From positions 1,152 to 65,151 of the forward strand of contig PBQF01000039.1 of assembly GCA_002724975.1 (NCBI GenBank): a stretch of 64,000 nt of DNA, written 5' to 3'. The DNA is from Parcubacteria group bacterium (GTDB lineage Bacteria; Patescibacteriota; Minisyncoccia; Phycocordibacterales; GCA-002724975). A program made the translations under genes and the position numbers. Shown piece by piece: positions 27,577 through 35,768 of this stretch (position 1 is its first letter; each line of letters opens with the position of its first letter). Under the pieces are notes generated by a model that saw only the letters and a list, made by a program, of their open reading frames with translations, had not been told where the DNA came from and did no database searches.

Positions 27577-27808
27577 ATGTCTTTTATAATATGTCCTTTA
27601 TAAAAAGCGTCCTTTATAAAATTTTTACAAAAACTTAAAGACATTATATATCGGACATTATAAAAATAAAAGGCATAAATAATTTAAAATGGCTTGTCCT
27701 CATGTTAAGTGGTTAAGCCATATGATAAAATTAAAGGGAAAAGTGAGGAGGAATGGTAAAGAGTCTCGATAAGAGACATTGGTTTAAAGTGTTGGTATAT
27801 ATTTAGAT

Positions 27809-30007
27809 ATGGGCAGAAGAAGAAAAGAGAAAAAAGTTATAAACCCCTTTAAAAAAATGAGGAAAGAGACGGCTCAGGCGGTTTACACAGTAATTCTTTT
27901 TGTTCTAGGAGTTTTTTTAATATTAGCTTCAATAGGAAAAGCAGGGGTAGCTGGACGCACCACATACAATGCACTTTTTAGTATTCTGGGCGTGGGTTAT
28001 TTTGTCCTACCCATTCTTTCTTTCACTCTTGGCGCGTCTCTTTTAAAAAACGATGGTGAGGATGAGTATGAAAAAAGTAGCATGGGAGTAACAAAAGGTT
28101 TGGGATCTTTTTTGTTTCTCATTTCTTCTTTAGGAATTATTGATTTGTTGTTAAAAAAGGGTGGAGTAGTGGGTAATTTTATTTCTGGGGTTTTTGTAAA
28201 GTTCTTTGATTTTTACGGTGGTCTATCTATTATGATTGCTTTGTTTGCAATTTCCCTTTTGATAATTTTCGAAGCAAAGCTTTCAAAAGAATCGTTTCTT
28301 TTTTGGAGAAAATTTAAAAAAGACGATGAATACGACGAAGGAGATGAATATAATGAAGATGTCTATATGGAAGATGAAGAAAATTATGAAGAGGTGGAAA
28401 AAGAAAACCACAATGAAGAAAGAGAGCCAACGATAAATAATTTTTCAGACAGGATAGCAAAAGTGGGTAGCATGATGTTTGCTTCAAGGATTTCTCAGAA
28501 AGATTATAACCCTCCGCCCCTTAGCTTGCTACAAGGAGATAGAGGGAGGCCCGGAGTTGGTGATATAAAAGCAAACGCAAATATTATAAAAAGAACTTTA
28601 AAAAATTTTGGTATGGATGTCGAGATGGATGAAATATCAATAGGTCCGTCAGTTACAAGATACGCCCTGAAACCAGCAGAAGGAATAAAACTTTCCCGCA
28701 TTGTAGCTTTAAAGCAGGATCTGTCTTTGGCACTGGCAGCACATCCCTTAAGAATAGAGGCGCCAATTCCTGGCAGGTCTTTGGTTGGTGTGGAAATTCC
28801 AAATAGTTCAAGGACGACGGTTGGATTAGGTTCGCTTCTCTCTTCGAAAGAATACCAGGAATCAGTAAAGCCACTTATGATTTCCTTGGGTCGTGGAGTC
28901 TCGGGAAAATCAGAGTTTGCCAACTTGGCTAAAATACCTCATCTTCTAATTGCTGGAGCAACTGGTGCCGGAAAATCAGTCACAATACACACAATTATAA
29001 ATTCTTTGGTTTTCAGGAATTCTCCCGAAAATTTAAGGTTTATAATGATAGACCCTAAGAGAGTTGAATTGACTGCCTATAATGGTATACCTCATCTTCT
29101 ATCTCCCGTTTTAACCAACCCTAAGAAAGCTATTTTAGCCCTAAAATGGGCGGCTAAGGAGATGGAAAGAAGATACGACATTTTAGAAACCGAAAGAGTT
29201 AGAGATATAGGTTCCTACCATGATAATGTTCTGAACCCATACCTCGACAGAAAAATACAGAAAGAAGGTGAGGAAAACGAACCCGAAAGGATGCCTTATA
29301 TATTAATCGTCATAGATGAGCTGGCCGACATTATGAGTACTTATCCAAGAGAATTAGAGGCGGCTGTTGTCCGGTTGGCACAGATGTCCAGGGCTGTCGG
29401 AATACATCTAGTCCTATCAACCCAGAGGCCTTCGGTCCAAGTTATAACAGGATTAATTAAAGCAAACATTCCAGGGAGAATTGCTCTTCAAGTTTCGTCA
29501 CAAGTTGATTCCCGAACAATTCTTGATCAGAGTGGTGCAGAATCACTTCTGGGTGCTGGAGACATGCTTTATATTTCCGGTGAAATGTCAAAACCAAGAA
29601 GAATCCAGTCAGCTTTCATATCCGAAGAAGAAGTTAAGAAAGTTTCAAAATATTTAAAGAAAAATTATGAAGAGAAACTGCCAGAGGGCTTTGATATTAC
29701 AAGTGAGGAAAATAACGGCAGTATTGATTTTGATTCAGTGTCGGCATCTTCCGGGTTCAGTGATAAAGATGATGACAACTTGTACGAAGACGCAAGAGCG
29801 GCCGTAATGGATGCCGGAAAGGCTTCGACGTCATACATCCAAAGAAAACTTCGTGTTGGTTATGCAAGAGCTGCAAGGTTAATGGATATGCTGGAAGAAA
29901 GAGGTGTTATCGGACCACAAGATGGTTCCAAGCCAAGAGAAATTTTGGAGGCAAATGAAAATAGCGGGTATGGAGAAAGTGATTATGAGGAGAATGAAAA
30001 TATTTAA
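27809..30007 (+). CDS. ftsK: DNA translocase FtsK/SpoIIIE
   Basis: N-terminal TMs, GATGAGKSV Walker A, C-terminal gamma domain (YIQRKLRVGYARAARLMDMLEERGVIGP). Confidence 0.9.
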   Translation: MGRRRKEKKVINPFKKMRKETAQAVYTVILFVLGVFLILASIGKAGVAGRTTYNALFSILGVGYFVLPILSFTLGASLLKNDGEDEYEKSSMGVTKGLGSFLFLISSLGIIDLLLKKGGVVGNFISGVFVKFFDFYGGLSIMIALFAISLLIIFEAKLSKESFLFWRKFKKDDEYDEGDEYNEDVYMEDEENYEEVEKENHNEEREPTINNFSDRIAKVGSMMFASRISQKDYNPPPLSLLQGDRGRPGVGDIKANANIIKRTLKNFGMDVEMDEISIGPSVTRYALKPAEGIKLSRIVALKQDLSLALAAHPLRIEAPIPGRSLVGVEIPNSSRTTVGLGSLLSSKEYQESVKPLMISLGRGVSGKSEFANLAKIPHLLIAGATGAGKSVTIHTIINSLVFRNSPENLRFIMIDPKRVELTAYNGIPHLLSPVLTNPKKAILALKWAAKEMERRYDILETERVRDIGSYHDNVLNPYLDRKIQKEGEENEPERMPYILIVIDELADIMSTYPRELEAAVVRLAQMSRAVGIHLVLSTQRPSVQVITGLIKANIPGRIALQVSSQVDSRTILDQSGAESLLGAGDMLYISGEMSKPRRIQSAFISEEEVKKVSKYLKKNYEEKLPEGFDITSEENNGSIDFDSVSASSGFSDKDDDNLYEDARAAVMDAGKASTSYIQRKLRVGYARAARLMDMLEERGVIGPQDGSKPREILEANENSGYGESDYEENENI

Positions 30008-30013
30008 TAAGTC

Positions 30014-30358
30014 ATGACCAAGGAAGCAAGAGTAATTAAAACAACAATTTCCAGTCTAATTGTTTTGGTTATAGCTTTTTTTGTTTTATTCCAATCTAGA
30101 AACTTAATAGCAGGACCACAATTAATAATAAATAATCCTTCAAATGGTGAGGTTGTTGAAGACTCCCTAACTGAAATATCGGGTATTGCAGAAAATATAT
30201 CGGAAATAAAATTAAATGGTAGAAACATTTTTGTTGATGAGAGAGGAAATTTTAATGAAAAAATTCTCTTATCCTACGGTTATAATACAATTATCATCGA
30301 AGCAAAAGATCGTTTTAATCGAAAAACTACAGAAAAATTAGAATTAGTTTTAAAGTAA
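30014..30358 (+). CDS. hypothetical secreted/membrane-anchored protein
   Basis: 114 aa, N-terminal TM, then a beta-rich domain. Confidence 0.35.
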   Translation: MTKEARVIKTTISSLIVLVIAFFVLFQSRNLIAGPQLIINNPSNGEVVEDSLTEISGIAENISEIKLNGRNIFVDERGNFNEKILLSYGYNTIIIEAKDRFNRKTTEKLELVLK

Positions 30359-30359
30359 A

Positions 30360-31367
30360 ATGCCAAAGAAAAAAATCATAAAAAAAGAAACTGGTAGCAA
30401 TATTGAAGATACCATAAACGAAATAAGGACTAAGTTTGGTGAAGAAGCCATAATGAAATTGGGGGACAAGCCAAGGGTTGATGTTGAGGCTATTTCAACC
30501 GGTTCAATTGGTTTAAATCATGCTCTTGGAATAGGCGGGTTGCCAAGAGGAAGAATTGTTGAAATCTTTGGCCCGGAATCTTCAGGAAAAACAACTTTGG
30601 CTCTCCATGCCGTAGCAGAGGCTCAAAAAAAAGGAGGCGTTTGTGCGTTCGTTGATGCGGAACATGCCATGGATCCAGAATATTCCAAGAAGCTTGGTGT
30701 CAAAGTGGATGAACTTTTGATTTCACAACCAGACACGGGCGAGCAATCCCTTGAAATAACGGAGTCCTTGGTTCGCAGTGGAAAAATTGATGTAGTAGTT
30801 ATTGATTCTGTTGCTGCCTTAACTCCAAAAGATGAAATTGAAGGAGATATGGGAGCCCATCATGTAGGGAAACAAGCAAGATTAATGTCTCAAGCTCTTA
30901 GAAAATTGACTGCGATTGTTGCTAAAAGTAAAACAGTGGTAATTTTCATCAACCAAATAAGAATGAAGATAGGAGTGATGTTCGGCAATCCCGAAACAAC
31001 TCCTGGTGGAAGGGCTTTGAAATTTTATACTTCTGTCCGAATTGATGTTAGAAGAATCGCCCAGATTAAAAAAGGAGACGAAGTTATCGGTAGCCGTACT
31101 CGGGCAAAAATTGTTAAGAATAAAGTAGCCTCCCCTTTCAAGTTGGCAGAATTTGATTTGCTCCACAACGAAGGAATCTCAAAAGAAGGTGAGTTGCTTG
31201 TTCTGGGAGAAAAATTTGGATTGGTTCAAAAAAGCGGAGCATCATATTCCTACGGTGAAGAAAAATTGGGAAGAGGATATGACGTAGCCAGAGCCTTTTT
31301 GAAAGAAAATAAAAAGGTAACAAACAGTTTAATAAAAGATATAAAAGAAAAACTTAAAGAAGAATAA
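30360..31367 (+). CDS. recA: recombinase RecA
   Basis: GPESSGKTT Walker A and the RecA L1/L2 regions, 335 aa. Confidence 0.95.
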   Translation: MPKKKIIKKETGSNIEDTINEIRTKFGEEAIMKLGDKPRVDVEAISTGSIGLNHALGIGGLPRGRIVEIFGPESSGKTTLALHAVAEAQKKGGVCAFVDAEHAMDPEYSKKLGVKVDELLISQPDTGEQSLEITESLVRSGKIDVVVIDSVAALTPKDEIEGDMGAHHVGKQARLMSQALRKLTAIVAKSKTVVIFINQIRMKIGVMFGNPETTPGGRALKFYTSVRIDVRRIAQIKKGDEVIGSRTRAKIVKNKVASPFKLAEFDLLHNEGISKEGELLVLGEKFGLVQKSGASYSYGEEKLGRGYDVARAFLKENKKVTNSLIKDIKEKLKEE

Positions 31368-31370
31368 CCT

Positions 31371-31703
31371 TTAAGCTTGTCTTTGTGGTGTTCTAAATAG
31401 AAGCCCTTTTATATTGTTTCCTAGAATAAAAACAGCAAGTATAAAAACAGCAACTGAAATTGTCTGAACAACAAGTTCGGTATTCATAAAAGCATATTTA
31501 TAGAAATACAGGACATGACCAGCGTCCATGCTTCCTAGATTCTTGGTGTTTTTGAAGACATTCATCAGAGAAACATTGGAAATAAATCCCCACAATAAGA
31601 TAAGTGTGATGTAAATTTTCAACGCGACTTTGCTAACTGTACTTCTGCAGTAAAAAATGAACTGAATACGTCTCATTATTCTGTTTTTTAATTTTGTTTC
31701 CAT
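31371..31703 (-). CDS. hypothetical membrane protein (possible anti-sigma factor, downstream of sigma gene)
   Basis: 110 aa, 2 TM; position immediately after the ECF-type sigma gene. Confidence 0.3.
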   Translation of the reverse strand: METKLKNRIMRRIQFIFYCRSTVSKVALKIYITLILLWGFISNVSLMNVFKNTKNLGSMDAGHVLYFYKYAFMNTELVVQTISVAVFILAVFILGNNIKGLLFRTPQRQA

Positions 31704-31705
31704 AA

Positions 31706-32305
31706 TTAAATTAAATTGTAACCATTAAGCTTTCGGAATTCTTTTTTGGCCCTGTAAATTCTGGTTTTAATTGCTCCAACAGATAAATTTTCCATTTTGG
31801 CAATTTCTTTCTGTGGTCTCCTTTCTATAAAGTGTAGGTGCAAAATCTTAGATAGAGTTTTCGGTAACTTTACCAAAGCTCTGGCCACATAGTCTGATAC
31901 TTCTTTTTTATGTAAACTCCCCGCCGTATAAGGATCCTCTATAACTTTGGACATATTTTCAGTAAGCTCTGTGATATTTTTTCTTTTCTTTTTCAGTCTC
32001 TGATAATAAGTAAATGAAGTATTAATCAGAATCTTATACCCCCAAGATTTAAAGGAGGCACCTTCCTGTTTTTTAAACTTAGGAGCATTCAAGTAGATTT
32101 TAGTGAATGTTTCTTGAACAATATCTTCAGCATCTTCCTTGCCATGAAGAATAGATCGAGCTTTTCTAAGAAAAGCTTCTTCATAACGAGTAATCAGCAC
32201 GGAAAAAATATCCGGCTTCGATATTGAGATGTTTAAGATTTCTTCATCAGACAAATCCTGATGGTCCACCTTCTCTTCTTTACCCCCTAAATTTAAAAAA
32301 GCCAT
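31706..32305 (-). CDS. RNA polymerase sigma factor, sigma-70 family (ECF-like)
   Basis: Region 2 (DAEDIVQETFTKIY) and region 4 (LSKILHLHFIERRPQKEIAKMENLSVGAIKTRIYRAKKEF). Start placed at the ATG at 32303-32305; the track extension to 32425 overlaps the divergent efp promoter. Confidence 0.7.
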   Translation of the reverse strand: MAFLNLGGKEEKVDHQDLSDEEILNISISKPDIFSVLITRYEEAFLRKARSILHGKEDAEDIVQETFTKIYLNAPKFKKQEGASFKSWGYKILINTSFTYYQRLKKKRKNITELTENMSKVIEDPYTAGSLHKKEVSDYVARALVKLPKTLSKILHLHFIERRPQKEIAKMENLSVGAIKTRIYRAKKEFRKLNGYNLI

Positions 32306-32427
32306 AAATGGGTTATTGCCAGCCCCGCATATGCGGGGACCTAGCAAACTTATAATATCTCGACCCCACTGATTATTGCAACAAGGAAGTTTGAAAAAGG
32401 TTACTAAATTGGTATAGAATAGCAATC

Positions 32428-32988
32428 ATGTTGTCATATAATGAAATTACACCTAAGAAATTTGTAGAACTTAATGATGAGCCGTATGAAGTAATTTCTT
32501 CACATGTTTTCAGAAAACAACAGAGAAAGCCGGTCAATCAAACAAAGTTAAAGAATCTAAAGACTGGAAAAGTGACAGAACGCTCTTTTGCCGGTTCCGA
32601 AAAGGTAGAGGAAGCTAATATAGATTCTAGAGAAATAAAATACCTTTATAATAACAGGGGAGAATATTGGTTCTCCAATCCTGATAATCCAAAAGAAAGA
32701 TTTAGTCTAGACCAAGAAAAAATCCCAGAGAGATTTAAATTTATAAAGGAAAACGATATTATCACTTCCCTTTCATTTAATAATGAAATAATCGAATTTA
32801 AAATCCCAATTAAAGTCAGTTTGAAAGTTAAGGAAGCTCCACCAGCAGTAAAGGGAAATACCTCTTCTGGTGCTAACAAAATTGTTACTCTAGAAACTGC
32901 CGCCACAGTAACCACTCCTATCTTTATTAAAGAAGGGGATATTATCGAAGTTAATACTGAAACAGGAGAATATACGGGAAGAGTTTAA
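32428..32988 (+). CDS. efp: elongation factor P
   Basis: 186 aa with EF-P KOW-like N-domain and OB domains. Confidence 0.85.
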   Translation: MLSYNEITPKKFVELNDEPYEVISSHVFRKQQRKPVNQTKLKNLKTGKVTERSFAGSEKVEEANIDSREIKYLYNNRGEYWFSNPDNPKERFSLDQEKIPERFKFIKENDIITSLSFNNEIIEFKIPIKVSLKVKEAPPAVKGNTSSGANKIVTLETAATVTTPIFIKEGDIIEVNTETGEYTGRV

Positions 32989-33192
32989 TTACCTTGAAAC
33001 ATAGGGTAAGAGACCCATGAATCTAGCCCTCTTAATAGCCTCCTCTAACTTCCTATGATTTTTGGAGTTTATGTTCGTCTTCCGTTTGGAATTAATTCTG
33101 GCGTGGGAATTTATAAACTTCTTCAAGACTTCTGCGTCTTTGTAATCAATATACCTTATTCCGTGTTGTGAAAAATAATCCTGTTTAGACAT
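32989..33192 (-). CDS. rpsR: 30S ribosomal protein S18
   Basis: 67 aa bS18; rpsF-ssb-rpsR gene order. Confidence 0.85.
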   Translation of the reverse strand: MSKQDYFSQHGIRYIDYKDAEVLKKFINSHARINSKRKTNINSKNHRKLEEAIKRARFMGLLPYVSR

Positions 33193-33194
33193 AT

Positions 33195-33638
33195 TTAGAA
33201 TGGAATATCTTCTGGTTTAATATCTTCCTCTGGATACTCAATTGTATCAAGATTTTCCTTTTGAGGTGTTTGGTCTTCGGCTTCTTTTGGTGCTGGAGTA
33301 GCTCCCTTATCTCTTTTTGGACCAAATTGAACCCTGTCAGCAACAATTTCGGTCATATATTTTTTAACTCCATCATTTCCTTCCCAACTCCTGGTCTGAA
33401 TTCTCCCCTCAACCAAAGCACTTGAGCCTTTCTTTAAATATTGGGCAACATTTTCCGCCTGCCTACCAAAAACAACAATATTATGATAATCAGTACTATC
33501 TTGTTTGTTGCCTTCTTTGTCCTTCCAAACTCTATTAGTAGCCAATGAAAAAGTTGTCACTGGAACACCGGAAGGCAGAGATCTTAACTCTGGATCTCTA
33601 GTTAAGTTTCCAATAATGATTGCTTTGTTTAAATACAT
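33195..33638 (-). CDS. ssb: single-stranded DNA-binding protein
   Basis: OB-fold N-terminus (MYLNKAIIIGNLTRDPELR) and acidic C-terminal tail ...DIPF. Confidence 0.9.
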   Translation of the reverse strand: MYLNKAIIIGNLTRDPELRSLPSGVPVTTFSLATNRVWKDKEGNKQDSTDYHNIVVFGRQAENVAQYLKKGSSALVEGRIQTRSWEGNDGVKKYMTEIVADRVQFGPKRDKGATPAPKEAEDQTPQKENLDTIEYPEEDIKPEDIPF

Positions 33639-33643
33639 AATTG

Positions 33644-34144
33644 TTATTCAACTACTAATTCATCAATGGCTTTGTCAACTTGAACTTCTGAAATCGGCTC
33701 TTTTTCCTTTGAAGATTCTTTAGATTTCTCTTTAGGTAATGAGATACTTGGCACCATACTCGGTTTTCGAAAAATCATTTTACTTTCTCTGACCGATTTA
33801 ACAAGCAAAAATCTCAAAATATTTTCCATTCTCCCCAACTCCGTCTTCATTTTAGAAACTGAACCAGGATTAGCTTCAAACTTTATCCATCCGAAATAAG
33901 CAGTATCAAAAACTTTTTTTTCGTTACCAATAACTTTACTCATTTCGTAGGCAAGTTTTATAGACTTAGGAGCTCCCTCCTCACCAATAAAAAGACCTCC
34001 ATTCTTCTCAATAACAGATTTTATATTTGAAACTTCGCCCACTAAATTTTCTTCAGCAATAATGGGAAGAAGATGAAAACCGAGCTCGTAAACCCCCAAC
34101 TCGTCCCCCACCGATAATTCATTATTTTTTACTCCTTCAGCCAT
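33644..34144 (-). CDS. rpsF: 30S ribosomal protein S6 (with C-terminal charged extension)
   Basis: ATG at 34142-34144 (MAEGVKNNELSVGDELGVYELGFHLLPII); the track start at 34189 is a TTG inside the upstream terminator. Confidence 0.75.
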   Translation of the reverse strand: MAEGVKNNELSVGDELGVYELGFHLLPIIAEENLVGEVSNIKSVIEKNGGLFIGEEGAPKSIKLAYEMSKVIGNEKKVFDTAYFGWIKFEANPGSVSKMKTELGRMENILRFLLVKSVRESKMIFRKPSMVPSISLPKEKSKESSKEKEPISEVQVDKAIDELVVE

Positions 34145-34180
34145 GAAGGACAGACTATCATGTAAATACAGCCTTTTCAA

Positions 34181-34231
34181 GAAAAACAAAACTGCCTAGG
34201 GGTCTTTCGTTTTTGATTAACCCCTGGGCAG
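34181..34231 (-). terminator. intrinsic terminator of cassette 5 (CTGCCCAGGGG / CCCCTAGGCAG stem, 17-nt loop, TTTTGTTTTTC)
   Basis: 10/11-bp stem at 34192-34202 and 34221-34231 with a T-tract on the minus strand. Confidence 0.65.
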
Positions 34232-34249
34232 AAATCAACTTAGTTCTTC

Positions 34250-34723
34250 CTAGATTCTTCTTTGCCTCTGGTAGCACATGGGACAGATGGACTTGCCATC
34301 TTTTGTGCGCGTGGCCACAGACTTGTCCCTCCTGCACAAAGAGCAAGGCTCGTGTGTAGATTTGTCATGGTAGCGGGCTCTCTGGTAGCACATGGGACAG
34401 ATGGACTTGCCATCTTTTGTGCGCGCGGCCACAGACTTGTCCCTCCTGCACAAAGAGCAAGGCTCGTGTGTAGATTTGTCATGGTAGCGGGCTCGCTTAT
34501 AGCACACGGGACAGATGGACTTGCCATCTTTTGTGCGCGTGGCCACAGACTTGACCTCTTCGCACAAAGAGCAAGGCTCGTGTGTAGATTTGTCATGGTT
34601 GCGGGCTTGCATATAGCACGCACGACAAATTAGTTGACCCATCTTACGATTTTGGGCAACTCCTTTCTTTCTTCTACCACAAACACCGCAACGCTGCTGC
34701 TGCCAGTGCCAATTACGTTTCAT
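34250..34723 (-). CDS. tandem zinc-ribbon repeat protein (157 aa; 4 x about 37-aa CxxC...CxxC units), GC-rich cassette 5
   Basis: ATG at 34723 is preceded by GGGAGGAAGG. Repeats of HDKSTHEPCSLCRRDKSVA.RTKDGKSICPMCYQRARY. The underlying 111-bp DNA repeats are about 97% identical. Confidence 0.6.
   Translation of the reverse strand: MKRNWHWQQQRCGVCGRRKKGVAQNRKMGQLICRACYMQARNHDKSTHEPCSLCEEVKSVATRTKDGKSICPVCYKRARYHDKSTHEPCSLCRRDKSVAARTKDGKSICPMCYQRARYHDKSTHEPCSLCRRDKSVATRTKDGKSICPMCYQRQRRI
34262..34640. repeat. 111-bp tandem DNA repeat array (about 3.5 copies) within the zinc-ribbon gene
   Basis: Units begin at 34262, 34373 and 34484 with 2-6 substitutions per copy; they generate spurious ORFs on both strands. 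Confidence 0.9.
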
Positions 34724-34803
34724 TAGGTCGCCTTCCTCCCTTCTGGTTTAAAATAATGAAAAATAAAAAACATGAGTGCCCTGCGAGAGAAGTGTCTTGC
34801 GAG

Positions 34804-34832
34804 AGACTAGCACAGACATTACATATTGTCAA
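34804..34832 (-). promoter_or_regulatory. sigma70-like promoter of cassette 5 (TTGACA-17-TAGTCT)
   Basis: -35 at 34827-34832 overlaps the TatD stop codon; -10 at 34804-34809; about 80-nt leader. Confidence 0.5.
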
Positions 34833-35623
34833 AATTTTAAATTAAAGAATTTTGAACTATTCTCAAGAAGTTTGGGTATTAATTCAGTTTCTGAAATTTT
34901 CTTTATTTCGGCAATCCTTTTTGCTACTTCAATAACATAAATGGGTTCATTTCTTTTCCCTCTATGGGGTACAGGAGCTACAAATGGAGCATCTGTTTCA
35001 ATATGTATCATTTCTAGTGGAATACTTTCTATAATCTCATTAAAGTCTTGAATATAAGTAATAAGGCCAGTGAAAGAAATGGTAAATCCAAATTTAATGT
35101 ATTCTTCCGCAATTTCTTTTGTGGAAGCGAAGAAATGCGAGTTGCCTCTTAACTTGTCTTTATATTCTTTCTTTTTGGATTCCAGAATCTTAAAAACATC
35201 CAAATGTGCATCCTGCGTACCTTTGCTAGGACGTACATGGAGCATTAAAGGTAAATCATGCTTTGCGGCAAAATCAATTTGCCTTTCAAAAAGCTCTTTT
35301 TGTTTTTCTTTTTCCTCTTCATTCTTTAAACGAAAATAATCTAAACCGCACTCCCCTATGCAAACAACTTTTGGGTTTTTTATTAATTCTTCAAAAAAAC
35401 CTTCATCAAAATCATCTACCGAGTCTGTTGGATGAATACCAACACATGCCCAAATATTTTCATTCTCATTTGAAAGTTTTACAGCCAGTTCCGAAGTTTT
35501 TTTATCAACACCAATAACAATTGTCCCAACCTCTTGTTTATTCATCCTTGAAATAACCCCAGGTAAATCATCGTTGAACTCTTTCAGATTGAGATGAGAG
35601 TGTATATCTATGTATTTAATCAT
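34829..35623 (-). CDS. tatD: TatD family hydrolase (Mg-dependent DNase)
   Basis: MIKYIDIHSHLN... TatD fold, 264 aa. Confidence 0.85.
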   Translation of the reverse strand: MIKYIDIHSHLNLKEFNDDLPGVISRMNKQEVGTIVIGVDKKTSELAVKLSNENENIWACVGIHPTDSVDDFDEGFFEELIKNPKVVCIGECGLDYFRLKNEEEKEKQKELFERQIDFAAKHDLPLMLHVRPSKGTQDAHLDVFKILESKKKEYKDKLRGNSHFFASTKEIAEEYIKFGFTISFTGLITYIQDFNEIIESIPLEMIHIETDAPFVAPVPHRGKRNEPIYVIEVAKRIAEIKKISETELIPKLLENSSKFFNLKF

Positions 35624-35768
35624 TCTCACTCGAGCTTGCTTAAACGATGGTCATAAGTATCTAAAAGACCCCAGATACCTCTCCAAGAGGTAATAATTGC
35701 AAAAACGATTAACAAAGAATAAATGTTTGGATGATTTTTTCTAAGTCTTGAAATATTATTTTTCATGA

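Noticed and set aside
34240-34633. 127-aa minus and 123-aa plus ORFs inside the 111-bp repeat array
   Set aside because: They are alternative-frame and antisense readings generated by the tandem DNA repeats. The in-frame ORF 34250-34723, with its SD and ATG, explains the locus.
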